Of a stretch of DNA of 64,000 nucleotides, positions 1 through 13,900 are shown in pieces. Below the pieces are notes generated by a model. That model was not told the origin of the DNA. It ran no database searches and saw nothing but the letters and a program-made list of their open reading frames with translations. The stretch lies in the NCBI RefSeq assembly GCF_006345805.1, contig NC_043005.1, positions 41,292,001 through 41,356,000 on the forward strand, in the 5' to 3' direction. Each line of letters starts with the position of its first letter. Positions within the stretch are counted from its first letter, which is position 1. This stretch comes from Octopus sinensis (lineage: Eukaryota). The translations under genes and the position numbers were made by a program.

Positions 1-90
1 GAATAGTCAACTAATGGCTGATACATGTTTTATCTATCCCAACACCCACCTCCTCCAAAACTGAACAAACAGGAAAAGAATTCATTCTAC

Positions 91-207
91 CTTTTCTGAC
101 CAATGTTGCCAGGTTCCCTGCTCAGATACAAGGTATTCAAAAATGGTATTGTCATCGTCAACATCAGGTAGTGAAAGAGAACAATTGGTCTTTATAAATT
201 CTTCCAG
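91..207 (-). CDS. DNAH5: Dynein heavy chain exon 13: LEEFIKTNCSLSLPD...TIFEYLVSEQGTWQHWSEK
   Basis: 117 nt, phase 0-0, hand-translated; T.F(D/E)Y.V...G.W.HW motif; the gene continues beyond position 1. Confidence 0.9.
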
Positions 208-2079
208 CTGTAATTAGGTATTGAAACATAATAAAATATTTAAGATAATTAATTGTTATAGTCATCATTAACATCAAGACCATTGAAACCATCATCATAA
301 TAACGATCAATATCAATGCCAAAACCAACAATTACATTTCATTTGCACCATACTGATACCAGTTAGAGAGAAATGATAATATTCTAAGCTAATATTGTAT
401 ATAATAGAACATGTGTTCTGGAACAAAGGCTTTATACTTAGTAACCTTCTAGATTCATCATCATCATCATCATCATCATCATTATTATAATCAGCATCAT
501 CATTTAATGTTCATTTCCCATGCTGGAATGGGCTGGACAGTTTGGCAGAAAACTGGTAAGCTGAGGAACTGCACCAGGTTCTGATCTGATTTGGCATGGT
601 TTCTATGGCTGGATGCCCTTCCTAACATCAACCACTCTGAGAGTGTTGTCGGTGTTTTTTACATGCCCCTGGTTAGGTGCCAGTTACTTAAAACTGGCAT
701 CAGCCATGACAATGATCTCACTTGGCTTGACAAGGTTTCTCAGGCATAATATATTGCCAAAAGTCTCAGTCACTTGTCACTGCAATTCCTATACAAATAG
801 AGCACGTGTTACAAACAGTGGTCCTTAGCAAGGCCCTTAAAGATACAAAGCTGCAATGACAATATTCAGGAATAATATGTAGATGCAGACGTGGCTGTGG
901 ATTAAAAAATTTGCTTTGCAACCATATGGTTTCAGGTTCAGTCCTACTGCATGGCACTTTGGGCAAATGTCTTATATTATAAAACCTTTCACTAGCCAAT
1001 ACTTTGTGAGTAGATTTGGTGAACAGAAACTGTATGGAAGCCCAGGAAAAGCTGTATAGTAAGAAGCCTGCTTCTCAACCTCATAGATGTCCAGAAAAGA
1101 CATTCTATGTTGTATTAGCTGTACAACATTTAGAAGTTAGAAATTGTGGACAGAGTCCAAAACAATAGAGATTTTCTTGATACACTTTATCATTGTTGAA
1201 TAGCTTCAGTGAGTTCTGCTTGAGCAGTAATATTAAAAGGAGACAAGCCAGCTGAATGCTTAAAAGTAGCCAACATGTCTTATACTTCATATTTAATAAG
1301 TAAGCAGCCTGTATACCCCTACCATGCAGTGACTATTAGTAGACAAAAATAATTTTGCTATCCAGTGTTTTCAGTTATGTATATTCAAATGCTTTGATGT
1401 TGTCAAGGAGAGTCAAGTTGGCCTCAGTTTTAATTCTTTGAGATAAAATGTGATGTTAGTGTAAGCAATCAATATTGCAACTATTTTTGTATTAATCTGA
1501 TCAGGTGAAATATTTTGCAGCTATAAAATGCTGCATTGTCAGTGCTGTTATTGTTATTTAACCCCAGGTTGCCTCCAATTGAGCAGATCTATGATCAAAG
1601 ATGTTTCAGTAACGAATATCCTTGTCTCTTTTTAATAGCTTTGATGACATTATCTAAAGTATTTTAACAGCATTTCAAGGTGGAAAGGAGTAATCTGAGG
1701 AGATTTGGCTACTGTTTCTACCAAACCAAGTCACCATAGAAAGGATATACCATTGTTGGCAATGGCTTTGGAAATTTTGCTTATAGTCTTAGTCAACTCT
1801 GATCTTAAGTCACTTATCCTTAAATCTAAAATGCAAAGTTCTGATTCATAATACTCTCTTTACTCTTTTACACTTTTACTTGTTTCAGTCATTTGACTGT
1901 GGCCATGCTGGAGCACTGCCTTTAGTCGAGCAACTCGACCCCAGGATTTATTCTTTTGTAAGCCCAGTACTTATTCTATCAGTCTCTTTTGCCGAACCGC
2001 TAAGTAACGGGGACATAAACACACCAGCATTGATTGTCAAGCAATGCTAGGGGGACAAACACAGACACACAAACATACA

Positions 2080-2112
<33 letters not shown>

Positions 2113-2115
<3 letters not shown>

Positions 2116-3140
2116 TAAGAAAGTTTGTTTGGTAAAGCACGTGGGTGAATATATAAGAAAATAGTAAAGTGTGAAAAAACGACAGAAGGCTTAAATGTTA
2201 AAAAATATATATATTTGTGTCAAAATGTCTGGAGAATATTGGAAAAATTTTTTTCCTTTCCTTAAAATGACATAATTTTAAAATTTTTAAAGAAATTACC
2301 GGTTTCGCGTGTAGCTTTTCAAATTTCTTGTGACGTTATGTTTATATTGCATGGAGTTATCGTTGTGTTTATTTTCAGGAGATTTCTAAATAAGGGGAGG
2401 TAGTGAGTGATTTCTTCCGGTGTAAGGGAGATAATCGCTTAAAAATTTTTTTCCTTTTCCCTTGTTCATTTCTCTGTGTCAGTATGTTCGGATGGTTTTT
2501 CCCTTTCCCTTGTTAATTTCTCTGTGTCAGTATGTTCGGATGGTTGAGTCTGGGTTTGTACTTTTCAATGAAGAATGTTTCCTTGTTCAGTCTCATTTGT
2601 GTTGATGATCCGAAAGCACATTGGTAAAATGGGAAGATTAAAAATTGTGGCAGTAGTTGCTTTGCGCATTTCTCAATGTGCTCACTAAAAGGTATCATTC
2701 TATATTCTGGGAATGCAATCTGTTGTCGATGCAGTGTGCATCTACACCTGAGTGATAGTCCCGTGGAACCCACGTAGTCTTGGTGGCAGCCCGAGCATTT
2801 AATGACATAAATTATGTTTTCAGAGGCACAAGTAAAGTTAGATTTGATCTTGAATTTCTGTCCCTCTTTAAAGAAGAATTCTGATCCTTCCAATAGGTTA
2901 GGACATGTTGCACAGTTCGATCTACCACATTTTTTTACTTTTGCATCCGTAATTTTAGAAGACAATTTTGCCTTTGTGAGAATCTTTTTAAGTGATTTAG
3001 GTAATTTCTTTAAAAATTTTAAAATTATGTCATTTTAAGGAAAGGAAAAAAATTTTTCCAATATTCTCCAGACATTTTGACACAAATATATTTTTTAACA
3101 TTTAAGCCTTCTGTCGTTTTTTCACACTTTACTATTTTCT

Positions 3141-3145
<5 letters not shown>
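2113..3145 (-). mobile_element. 5'-truncated Penelope-like element: GIY-YIG endonuclease, 3' UTR and inverted partial pLTR
   Basis: ORF 2513-2965 (extends to about 3001, PKSLKKILTKAKL) with CxxxxCxxC, IIYVIKCxxC and YVGST motifs and C-terminal ETFFIEKYKPRLN. About 150-bp inverted repeat 2149-2300 / 3000-3147, flanked by (TA)n. Confidence 0.9.
2291..2328 (-). ncRNA. Minimal type I hammerhead ribozyme-like motif with U3-A8 core variant
   Basis: AGAAAU-UUGAAAA-GC(UACAC)GC-GAAA-CCGG-UA-AUUUCU: perfect 6-bp stem I, 2-bp stem II, palindromic stem III, GUA cleavage triplet, located in a PLE 3' UTR. Confidence 0.75.
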
Positions 3146-3180
<35 letters not shown>

Positions 3181-3412
3181 CGACGGGCTTCTTTCAGTTT
3201 CTGTCTACCAAATCCACTCACAAGGCTTTGGTCAGCCCGAGGCTATAGTAGAAGACACTTGCCCAAGGTGCGACACAGTGGGACTGAACCTGGAACCATG
3301 TGGTTGGTAAACAAGCTACTTACCACGAGGATAAAGACAAAGATTTTGTTACTGCTTACTGAGAATTTATCAAATTGCTCAAAAATTTGTGTAAAAGAAA
3401 AAGAATCCTTAC

Positions 3413-3577
3413 CTTTTGACGGTCAGAAATTTCCAACAGTGCACCGAGGGACCACATCATGGCAAAAACTATGAGGTTGTCTAAATGAGTGTGTGTAATA
3501 TCTTTACGATCTTCCTCACTAGGAATCAAGCCCTCAAGAAGATCAATTGCTTGGCGGATATAATTACATTCAAGCAG
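3413..3577 (-). CDS. DNAH5: Dynein heavy chain exon 12: LLECNYIRQAIDLLEGLIP...FAMMWSLGALLEISDRQK
   Basis: 165 nt, phase 0-0, hand-translated; FA..WS.GA.LE motif; GTAAGG donor. Confidence 0.93.
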
Positions 3578-4214
3578 CTAGAGATTTGAAAGAAATAAAC
3601 AGAATTTTCAATGATGGTGTGTTTAGAGGGAAGAATGATTTTGTAGATTTCTTGTACAGTGAGGAAGACAATTGGATAAAGTTAACACCTACAAGTAACA
3701 ACATCAGATAAAAACTCTTATTGGTTTAAATATCATCTAAATCTACAGTCCTACTTCTTAACCAGAAATCAAGTTATTAAGCTTACAGCAGCTAGACTTG
3801 GTATTTATGTAGGATGCCTTAATATCTATATGTGATGTTTTACATATAAATATATATATATTTATATACCTTCATCATCATCATCATCATCATCATCATC
3901 TGGCATCTCTACATCATGTACATGCACACACACACACACACGCACACATACACACACGCACACAGGAGCAAACAACAATTTAGCTGTATGATATCTACTA
4001 ATTTCACAATGATCAGCTGTGTTTTAACAATTTACTGTTGTGTCTGAGGAGAGATAGTCATTCTCTTTTAATGCCTTATAATTTAACACACTCACCAGTA
4101 AAATTTCCTCTCATTTACTTATTTATTTTTCTAAAATTTTCGTTGTGTCTTGCAACTTTTTCAAAAGTTGTTGACTGTGCATTATTCAAGCTGTGTTCTT
4201 TATCTTTGTTTGTG

Positions 4215-4770
4215 CGCATGCACGTGGGTCAGATTGTGTATGCATACACATGCAAGTATGTATGTATGTATGTATGTATGTATGTATGTATGCATGTATG
4301 TATGTATGCATGCATGTATGTATGTATGCATGTGTGTGTATGTATGTATGTGTGTGTGTATGTATATATGTATGTATGTGTGTGTGTATGTATATATGTA
4401 TGTATGTGTGTACGTTTGTATGTATGTATTCTGCATATTCATGTTTGTGTGTGTGTGTGTGTGTTTGCATGTGTGTGTGTACCTCTGTTTCCTTGTGTGT
4501 ACATGTCTGAGTGTGTGTGTGTGTGGGTGTATGGGTTTTATGACTATGTACTGTGTCTGTATGTATGGGTGTATATCTCCATATGTGTCTTTGTGTGACA
4601 TGAAGTGTGTGTGTATAAGGTCATGTGTCTTCATTTGTGTATGAGTGTATATGAGTGCATGTCTGTTCATATAACCTATGTATCTATCTGTCTGTATGTC
4701 TATCTGTTTACTTTCATATTCATATGCCAACATACATGTGCATACACACACACACATACATCTATCTACA
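4215..4770. repeat. Compound (TATG)n/(TG)n microsatellite
   Basis: Direct inspection; source of the Y/V/C/M and H/T ORFs. Similar tracts at about 10570-10950, 18000-18720, 35820-36200 and 40810-41030. Confidence 0.95.
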
Positions 4771-5332
4771 TAACAGCCCACTAATTATTCTACCTGTATA
4801 TAAATATAAACTGTGGATATATGAGTATGATTGTTTACTATGTATCTTTCCTATTTAGTACTGGGGATGTTTCATTTATGAGAATGTACTCCTGTATTTG
4901 TCTGAATGTTGGGTCCTTTGGGTGCTTGGATAAAAAGCGGATGTCAAGTTGACCCAGGTTGCCTCCATGTTAGTCCTTGGCTTGTTGGTAGAGTATGGAT
5001 GACAGTTTTTTTGTTGTCGTATTTTAGAGTTTATAATCAGGATACAGGCAGTGAGTCGGCAAAGTTACTGGGGTCTTAGAATGCACTGCAGTGTTTGTTC
5101 CAGTTCTCTGTGCATTGAGTTCAATTCCACAATGTCATTGTTTCAGGATCAATAAATAAAGTACTAGTCCACTGCTGGAGTTGATTCTTTTTCTCACACT
5201 CTTCCCCTCTAGAATAAATTGCTTGTGTTCAGGCCTGGAGAGAGAAGAGCTCTACCAGTTTTTGGCATCTCTACAACTCCAACAGAAGTTAAAAGCTCCA
5301 GCCGGCCACCACTCAGGATATGTAACTCCTGA

Positions 5333-5543
5333 CTCTCTTTTACTCTTTTACTTGTTTCAGTCATTTGATTGTGGCCATGCTGGAGCACTACTTTTAGTGG
5401 AGCAAATCGACCCCAGGACTTATTCTTTGTAAGCCTAGTACTTATTCTATCAGTCTCTTTTGCCAAACCGCTAAGTTACAGGGACCTAAACACACTAGCA
5501 TCAGTTGTCAAGTGATGTTGGGGGGACAAAAACAGACATACAA

Positions 5544-5632
<89 letters not shown>

Positions 5633-5792
5633 TACGACGGGCTTCTTTCAGTTTCCATCTACCAAATCCACTCACAAGGCTTTGGTTGGCCTGAGGCTAT
5701 AGTAGAAGACACTTGCCCAAGGTGCCATGCTGTGGGACTGAACCCAGAACCATGTGGTTGGTGAGTAAGCTACTTACCACACAGCCACTCCT
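5333..5792 (-). mobile_element. SINE family A, full-length copy with internal (CA)n(TA)n
   Basis: Head AGGAGTGGCTGTGTGGTAAGTAGC...GGTTCAGTCCC (A/B-box-like) and tail GACTGAAACAAGTAAAAGAG; more than 15 related copies in window. Confidence 0.85.
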
Positions 5793-7929
5793 CTAATACT
5801 TATACATTATTTTTATCTATTTCATATATCCTTGATTATTGCCTCTGCTGTCTATTTTGTTCCAGTATAACTGTATGTTGAGGTAGACACCATGGCAGAA
5901 CTAGGCAGAATGGACTTGGATGGAATATATCAATTATTGTTCTTCTGCTCTAGTTTCTGGTAGTCCAAACACAGTATTTCCAGATATCACTGTTGTGGGT
6001 CTTTTACTGTGTGCATGTGTTTAATGTACTGGGTCCTTTGTAAACTGGTTGGTGCTATGAAGGGCATCCAGCCATAGAAACCATACCAAAACAGACAAGC
6101 AGAACCTGGTACAACTCTCTGACTTGCCAGCTTTTATCAGACCATCTAGCCAATACTGGTATGAAAAACAGACGTTAAACAACGATATCAACTTTGGCAG
6201 TAGCAGTGACGATGACGATGACAACAACAATCTGTTTTTGTGCTTGTTGAGTGAAAGAGAAGGATATTGTTCTTAAAGAACATCATTTTGGCATCATTTG
6301 TTTATACCTACTGCTTTTTTAAAAAATGTGCTGTGAATGCCTTGTGGGCATTTCCTTGGATGTTGTCAATAGACAATTGGTTTATTTCATTTCTTTATTC
6401 GATATCTATCGTTACAAGAAGTGAGATTGTGCAGGTGATATTTTCAACATGTTTGTTTGAAGCCAGGTTTCAAACTGGTTGATCTAAAATTGGAGCTCCA
6501 GACTGATAGACAACTTCAACTGAATAATGGTTGCTGAGAAGTAACTACAAAGTCGAAGATATACAAAGTTGTGAGTTGGTTGCTATGAAATGTAAACAAG
6601 TCATACAGACATAATTACCTCCGCCTTAGCGAAGTCCATGGACAAGATATCTCAAGAACCACTGGATTGATTCAGATGAAACTTTCAGGGATGTTTGGTC
6701 TCATGACTGACACAAACTGATTAGATTTTGGGCTCGATCTGGTACTGGACAAAGATTCTGGATTATTTTTCCTGTTTTTTTTTTACTTAATTTCTGAGAG
6801 CGGTCAGGTTCATTTTTAGCATTTTCGTTTGTGAGAGCAGTCGAATTTATTTCAGATATTCACATTTAAAAATCATCTCTGGCTAATCGTTGAGAAGACA
6901 TTTGTGTTGCCTTGGAAGAGCTTTGCGCTCTCTGAGTGCTCTTGTCCTACATGTTATATTGTAATCTACATAGTCTCAATAGCTTTAGCTATAGTTTACC
7001 CTTCAATGTTTCCTTGTTTCATATTATTTCTTAAACAGAACAACATACTATAATACTAAACACATCTTTAAAATATGACAATCAAGAAGTTTTAAGAAAT
7101 ACCAGCAAGATCTCCTTCAAGTCATGCACCCTATTGTCATGAGAAAAAGGATACATTGTCTAATGTATTCCAAGTTATACTATTACTGATTAAAATGATT
7201 GTAAGGTAATGGCATTAAAGCTTTTGACCAAATATTAGTTCAATCAGAGCTGATTTAATGTTAAACAGCAAGAATAACACACCCACAAAAAATAAAAACT
7301 GGTGTATTATTGCTCAACATATTAATCCTACATAAAATACAACAATAGCTTGTGTGGAATTTGTAATTTCACAGAAGCACTGGCATGAGGAATATCCATT
7401 CTATTTTAATTTATACCTATACTACCAACCCACACACTTGCAATGCACAATCAAAATTTAACAAATGATATTATAGAAATATTAAAATTTAATATTTTTT
7501 AAACTCAACTTCAAAAGAAGTTCCAAATAGATTGAATGTTATATATTGAATAACAATGATAATGACGATGGTACCAACGAATATCTTTACTGCTTCTGCT
7601 GCTACTGTGTTGCCTTCATTGCCACAGAGATTTGATTCATGCAATTACAACAGCTGTAGCTAGATATTTTTATAATTAACTTCTTACTACATGGATACAA
7701 TATTTCAGATTTATAAAAGAGAAAGTTCATGAGAATGTGTGGTGCTTATGCTTTTTTTTTTTACATGAACTGATGACAGAAAATAAGTCAAATGATTAAA
7801 ACTGGAACCCAAACAGCTGCGTGGTTCAGCTTGACAAAAGATCTGTGTATCTTACACAGTTACTTTACTTCAATTAATGCTGAAAGTTAAAATAAGAAAA
7901 CCAACAGTAATGAGAAAAGTTGAACTTAC

Positions 7930-8042
7930 TTTCATTTTTGGTGAAAGATTCTGAACTAAATATGAATAAATGAGTGAGAAAGCATTTTCAAATGCATTGA
8001 ATATGTGTTCACTCTGACTTGGAGGTCTAGTCAACAACCAGC
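7930..8042 (-). CDS. DNAH5: Dynein heavy chain exon 11: (G)WLLTRPPSQSEHIF...QNLSPKMK
   Basis: 113 nt, phase 1-0, hand-translated; ttgtttcAG acceptor, GTAAGT donor; length and phase fit the gap expected from DNAH5 homology. Confidence 0.88.
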
Positions 8043-8194
8043 CTGAAACAACAGATATAGATGGGGAGTTTTTAGAAAATTTTTAGCCAGTGTTATATTT
8101 ATAGCACAATATATTTATATATATATATATATATATATATTCTTTTATTCCTTTATTTGTTTCAGTCATTTGACTGTGGCCATGCTGGAGCACA

Positions 8195-8234
<40 letters not shown>

Positions 8235-8248
8235 CATCATCCAATAAC

Positions 8249-8279
<31 letters not shown>

Positions 8280-10747
8280 GTGACTCCAGGTCATCAGTAT
8301 CACTTGGGCTCATCACAGATTTTGTATAAGACACATGTCTGCTCGAAGAATTTCGCATTTTCCACAATATTTCTCACTCCAAATGGCTTATTCTTGTATA
8401 TCTAGCTCTATGACTTTCTCCATTTCTAAGTTAAGGGTAAAAATAAAGCAACCCTGCAAAACACAACTGATTTTTACATACAGACGCCAAAAATAATAGC
8501 AATCAAATAACAACAGTGGAGTGCACACCAAACATCAGTGATCTGACTGTTGCCTGTCCTCTTGACAAGAGATGCCAGTTAGTCTTTTACACCTACCAGG
8601 CTTATTCATATTAGCCTGAGTTGCTGGATGATTTTTCATTCCTTTAAGAATATTGTAGAATGGAAACTTTTTATTGACTGGAGTTTAAATCCTAATCTCT
8701 ATAGAAATTGATTGTTTCAAGAAAAAATTGAATTTTAATTACTTTTAATTTTTATGATTACAGATAACAATTCAGGCCATAACATCTGAGCCACAAGTCA
8801 GGCATGTGTGAATGATGTCGAGAGAATATCTACTGCAAATTATATTTCTTGACACAGGGCACCTCTAAGATGACCGCTAGATGCTGAATGAAAGTAGATT
8901 AACTGCAACCAGGCTCATTAAAAGGAGCCTGAGTTATTGGTTGCAATTACATACTTGAAGTCAGTGTTGGCACAAATTGAATCAGCTTGCAAATACACAT
9001 TAATTTTACTAAATTTAAGCTCAGGTTAAGCCTAAACAACCCAAGTCACCTCTGATATATATATATCTTGCTTCTGTATTGAGATTCCATATGATGTGCT
9101 GCAGCATGCCTTTGCTGATCTTGAGAAGGTCTCATAAACATGATAGAAATTAGATGATTTTAGTATTATCACAGAATTAAAAGTGAAAGAATAAAAGTGA
9201 AACAATATTATATTACATTACTATATAAATCTTATTCTTTCACTTTGATACAGAATACTGAACCAGTGCCAATGTTATATTGTTTTAACTCAAATTAAAA
9301 AAAAATACACGTTGACACTAATGGCATCTGGTACTACTACCTTGTAAAATTTGATTTGATTTGGTCAAGCCATTTGAGAATATATGGAACAGACAGAAAC
9401 ACAAACAAAAATTTTTTTTTATATATCTCTCTCCTGCACTTTCAACAACAACCCTCACCACATTATTTTTCTATGAACTCACTTTCATATGAAGATCCTC
9501 TTACATCTGCCATTGACACTCTTGCCCATTTTTTTGTCACTCACTATATCACTGCACCCTGCTACATGATTCTGACCTCTGTCTCTGTCTCACAGAACTC
9601 CTTTCTACTTCCCATCTCCCTGTGCCTTTATATGTACTGTCACTCATTACTTCCTCTCCTCTGATCCACATTTTCCTTTGCCTTCCCCTAAACTGAGTTT
9701 CATTACTGACCACACCTTTACTCATGTTCATCATTCACCTCTATCTCCATCTCGTTCACTCTCCTTTGTCACTCTTGTCAACTTGCCCATCCAACCATCC
9801 CCCAGTCTCTGTCCCTTTCCTCTCTTTATCCAACATCTTGTACCTTGAATGCATGCCTTAACATCTTATCACCACCATCCTCTTTCCTCTTCTTGCTGAG
9901 GTAGCCATGTATCTCCTTTTTGGCAGGACACCAGTCTTTGTCTCCCTATCATATTTCAAACTCTGAACACTTGGCAAATAAGCCATATTCCTCAATATTG
10001 AGTGCCCACTCTGTCAAAGGGTCTTGTATTTCAAGTCCCTTTGTAACCACACTAGTGCAGGTACCACAAAGTACTATGTGCCATCTGTAAGATGGTTGGT
10101 GTTAGGAAGGGCATCTGGCCATAGAAATAATGCCAGAGCAAACATTAGAGCTCAATGCTGTCCTCTGGCTGACTGGATTCTGTCAAACCAGTCAACCCAA
10201 ATCTGCCTGAAATATGGGCATTAAATGATGATGATGATGATGATGTGCGCATGCCCTATTGGCCAGTACATAATCCTGCATCACCTCTCTAGTATATGGC
10301 TAGCCACAACAAACACAAAGCTTTGAGAGGCTCACTTATGGTCATTGGCATTGCAAGTGGCTATTTACAGAGATAAAAGTAATCAAAAGAGACAGCTCAT
10401 AAATCATAGCCAGTCTCCTCTCACCTCCAGCACCAAAAAGCGGCATCAAATAATCAATGAAATTAAATCAAATATGAATAATGCACCATCATCTAGGTGA
10501 TTCTCCTGGCTATATGCAAAATATTTCATCATAACCAAATACTTATACAAATAGATTCTTCTTCATTTTGCTCTACATTTATGTATGTGCCTTTGTATGC
10601 TTTTGTGTACATATATATATATGCTTCTGTGTATGTGCTTCGCTGTGGGTATGTGTGTATGCTTTTCTGTGTTCATATGCTTCTGTGTGTGTATATGCTT
10701 TTGTGTGTAAGTACGCTTGTATAAGTGTATGCCTCTGTGTGTGTGAG

Positions 10748-10783
<36 letters not shown>

Positions 10784-12925
10784 GTGAGAGGTCTTCTTTC
10801 TCAATTGCTTTTCAAAGTAGTTCAACCAGAAATAAGTTCCCTCTCTCTGTCTTTCTGTCTTTCTTTCTTTCACTCTCTGTCTCACTTTCTGTCTGTCTGT
10901 CTCTCTCTCTCTCTTTCACACTCTTTCTCTCTGTCCTTCTCTCTCTCTCTCCTGGTTATAATTTACCTACCTACTGTAGTATATAGTTCTTGATCCAGCA
11001 GACCTATTGTCAGGGTTGTTCCAGTCATAACATTCCCATATTTTTGTCAGGTATTGTGTACCCCAGACTACATCATAGAAATATATACAACTTGCAGGCT
11101 TCTGCACAGTTTCCATTTCCCAAATTCACTCACTAGACATTGGTCAGTGTTGGGGTTATAGTAAAAGATACTTGCCCAAGATTTTGTACAGTAGGACTAG
11201 ACCTAAACCTACTATCGTTGATATGCTCAATCAACAATACCACTTTTTCCTATATTTCTATACATGCTTCTTAACCTTAAAAATATGCTGTTGTAGACTC
11301 AAAACTGAATTGCAAGACAGCTGTGCAGATGCCACCCTGAGATCACTATAGTTTCAAGTGGCCAATCAGCATCAAGCCATCATCTGATTCAACTTTCAAG
11401 AACCTTCTAAAGGATCTTATAAAAGGTGGATTTTTTGACAGTAATTTTCAGAATACCGAGACAGTTGTTTTAACAACTCCATTCTCATTTCTCCATTCTC
11501 CCATTTTCCAACTGTGCAGATTGGATGCACAGATTTTCCATCATGAATTTAGCACAATATCTCCCTAAATGTAATGGACTAGTCACAGGTCAACATGTTA
11601 TATCTATTTTGTCATAGACCTCAGAGATTATCTTTCCCAGTGTTTAAGAATAACTATTTTTATTCTTCATTCAAAAACTAACACAAAAAAACAAACAAAC
11701 ACTATATGCAGTAAATAATGCTTCTGTTAATTGTTTGTGAGTGTTGTTTATCATTTTCCATACAGCCAACAAGCAAGCACAACCTCGAGAAAATGCTTTG
11801 TTGCCAAGATCTAACAAGATCAAAACTTGTCCACTGTTTTTAACAGTTGGCTTTGAAAGCAAGATTCACCCACTGCATTCTCCTCCCCTCCATCTCCCAC
11901 TTTCTGTTTTCACTCTAGCAAACGTACCTGCTCACTTATCCTTTCTAATCCTCTGTACCACTTCACATACATACAATTCACTGTAATTTGAGGGTACACT
12001 CCAGCATATCTTCTCTCTCTCCAGTTCCTTTTCCGAGTGGTCCACCCCTGTATCTCTTCTACAGTATGATACCTATAGGGTGTACAGTATGACACCCTAC
12101 TTGGTGTCCTCACTAGTGCCAGTGCTACAAAAACATGCACCCAGTAATCTCTGTACAGTGGTTAGTGTCAGAAGGAAATCCAGTTGTAGAAACCATGCCA
12201 AAGCAAACAACAAAGCTTTCTACAACCTCCTGCCAGTTCCTGTCACACCGTTCAACCCATGCTTACAAGGAAAATGGACATTGAATGATGATGATGATCA
12301 TTACCATCATCATTCATTCATTGGTTTAATGTTATTTTCTAAGATGGGAGTTGTCTCTGCTTTCTGCTTTTCAGTTTTAAACACCACAAGCACAATTTTT
12401 TTTAAACTTTCAAACTGTGTGGATCATATCATATACCTAAGCCTAGACACACACCAAGCATTCCATTCATTTTCCAGATCAAAGAGATGAGCCATGTCCT
12501 ATGATTGGGTCAAAGCATAGAATCCAACCCCCAATATCAGCAGTGGTTGAATTCTGGCACCGTTAGCACACCAAACACTACAAGTTTGGGCAGTATCAGC
12601 TGGTTTGCCATTAGTCACTGAAAACAGTTCAATGTAAAAGGTTGTGCATTGATATTTTGTTCAGTGAATTTTGTGATTTTCTTAGCTGTGTGATTAGGCA
12701 TTTTATTTAAATATTAATTAGTGTTGATCTTAACTGCTTTTACAGTTTCAGAAATACGTGCTTTCAGTTTAATTTTCAGTGATTATATACTGATTAATTA
12801 CAAAATTGTACAATTAGGTTATCAAACATTTTACTTCATTTTACAAACATTTTGTGGTAGCACACCCTATGACAACAACCACCACAAGCCACTGGAAACT
12901 GGATATGCTAGACTACCATTTCTCA

Positions 12926-13285
<360 letters not shown>

Positions 13286-13594
13286 TTATATATGATTTTA
13301 CTAGTTTTACTCAGTTAGTGGCAACTATGCTAGGGTACCATCATCAAATATTTTTGTTAGGGTACCATCATCATCATGCTAGGGTACCATCATCAAATAT
13401 TTAACTTCTTTGTTACTATAGCTCATTGAGTTACAACAAATACATTACCTTTGTTTCAATGAAGCTTGAATATAATGCAGAATTTCTGTCATATAACTAT
13501 CATTATTAAACATATGTTTGGAAAATAAATAACATTTTCCAGAAAGGTATTAATTTAGATCTTTTTAAAACAGATAGTTTGCACCATAGAACCA

Positions 13595-13900
13595 GTGGAA
13601 GCACATGGCCTAGTGGTTAGAGCAGTAGATTCATGGTTGAGGGATCGTGGGTTCGAATCTCAGACAGGGCAATGTGTGTGTGTTTATGAGCGAAACACCT
13701 AAGCTCCATGTGGATCCGGCAGAAGGTAATGGCAAACTTCTGCTGACTCTTTCGTCATAAATTTCTCTCACTCTTTTCTCCTGCACCTTGCAGCTCACCT
13801 GCTATGGACCAGCGTCCTATCCAGGTGAGGAACCTATATGCCAAGGAAACCGGGAAACCGGCTCTTATGAGCTAGGCGTGGCTTCAGAAGTAACAAACAA
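13595..13900 (+). mobile_element. tRNA-derived SINE (family C)
   Basis: A box TGGCCTAGTGG, B box GGTTCGAATC, ACAA tail. Confidence 0.75.

Larger units (their letters stand above)
1853..3325 (-). mobile_element. Abundant tRNA-head SINE (family A), split by the PLE inserted in its central (TA)n
   Basis: The 3' half (1853-2100) and 5' half (about 3163-3325) match the intact copy at 5333-5792. Confidence 0.85.

Noticed and set aside
4038-4858. Long ORFs rich in Y/V/C/M or H/T/I (also 10568-10993, 18323-18826, 32881-33345, 35810-36264, 40762-41048, 58626-59093)
   Set aside because: They are translations of (TG)n, (TA)n and (TATG)n microsatellites, open in several frames on both strands, with no domain content
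8283-8400. Short coding-looking stretch considered as the missing dynein exon
   Set aside because: No frame resembles dynein; the true exon was found at 7930-8042 and completes the phase
9070-9135. AFADLEK motif (plus) and ILLDLGNKAF at about 11800 (minus) as RT genes
   Set aside because: Too short and decayed to delimit; at most old LINE crumbs
13327-13402. Triple TAGGGTACCATCATCA repeat upstream of exon 10
   Set aside because: Short local slippage duplication with no sign of function
13595-13670. tRNA-like sequences (also 26880-26942 and 35435-35507) as tRNA genes
   Set aside because: A and B boxes are present, but there is no intact cloverleaf or acceptor stem and each continues into repeat body; treated as SINE heads
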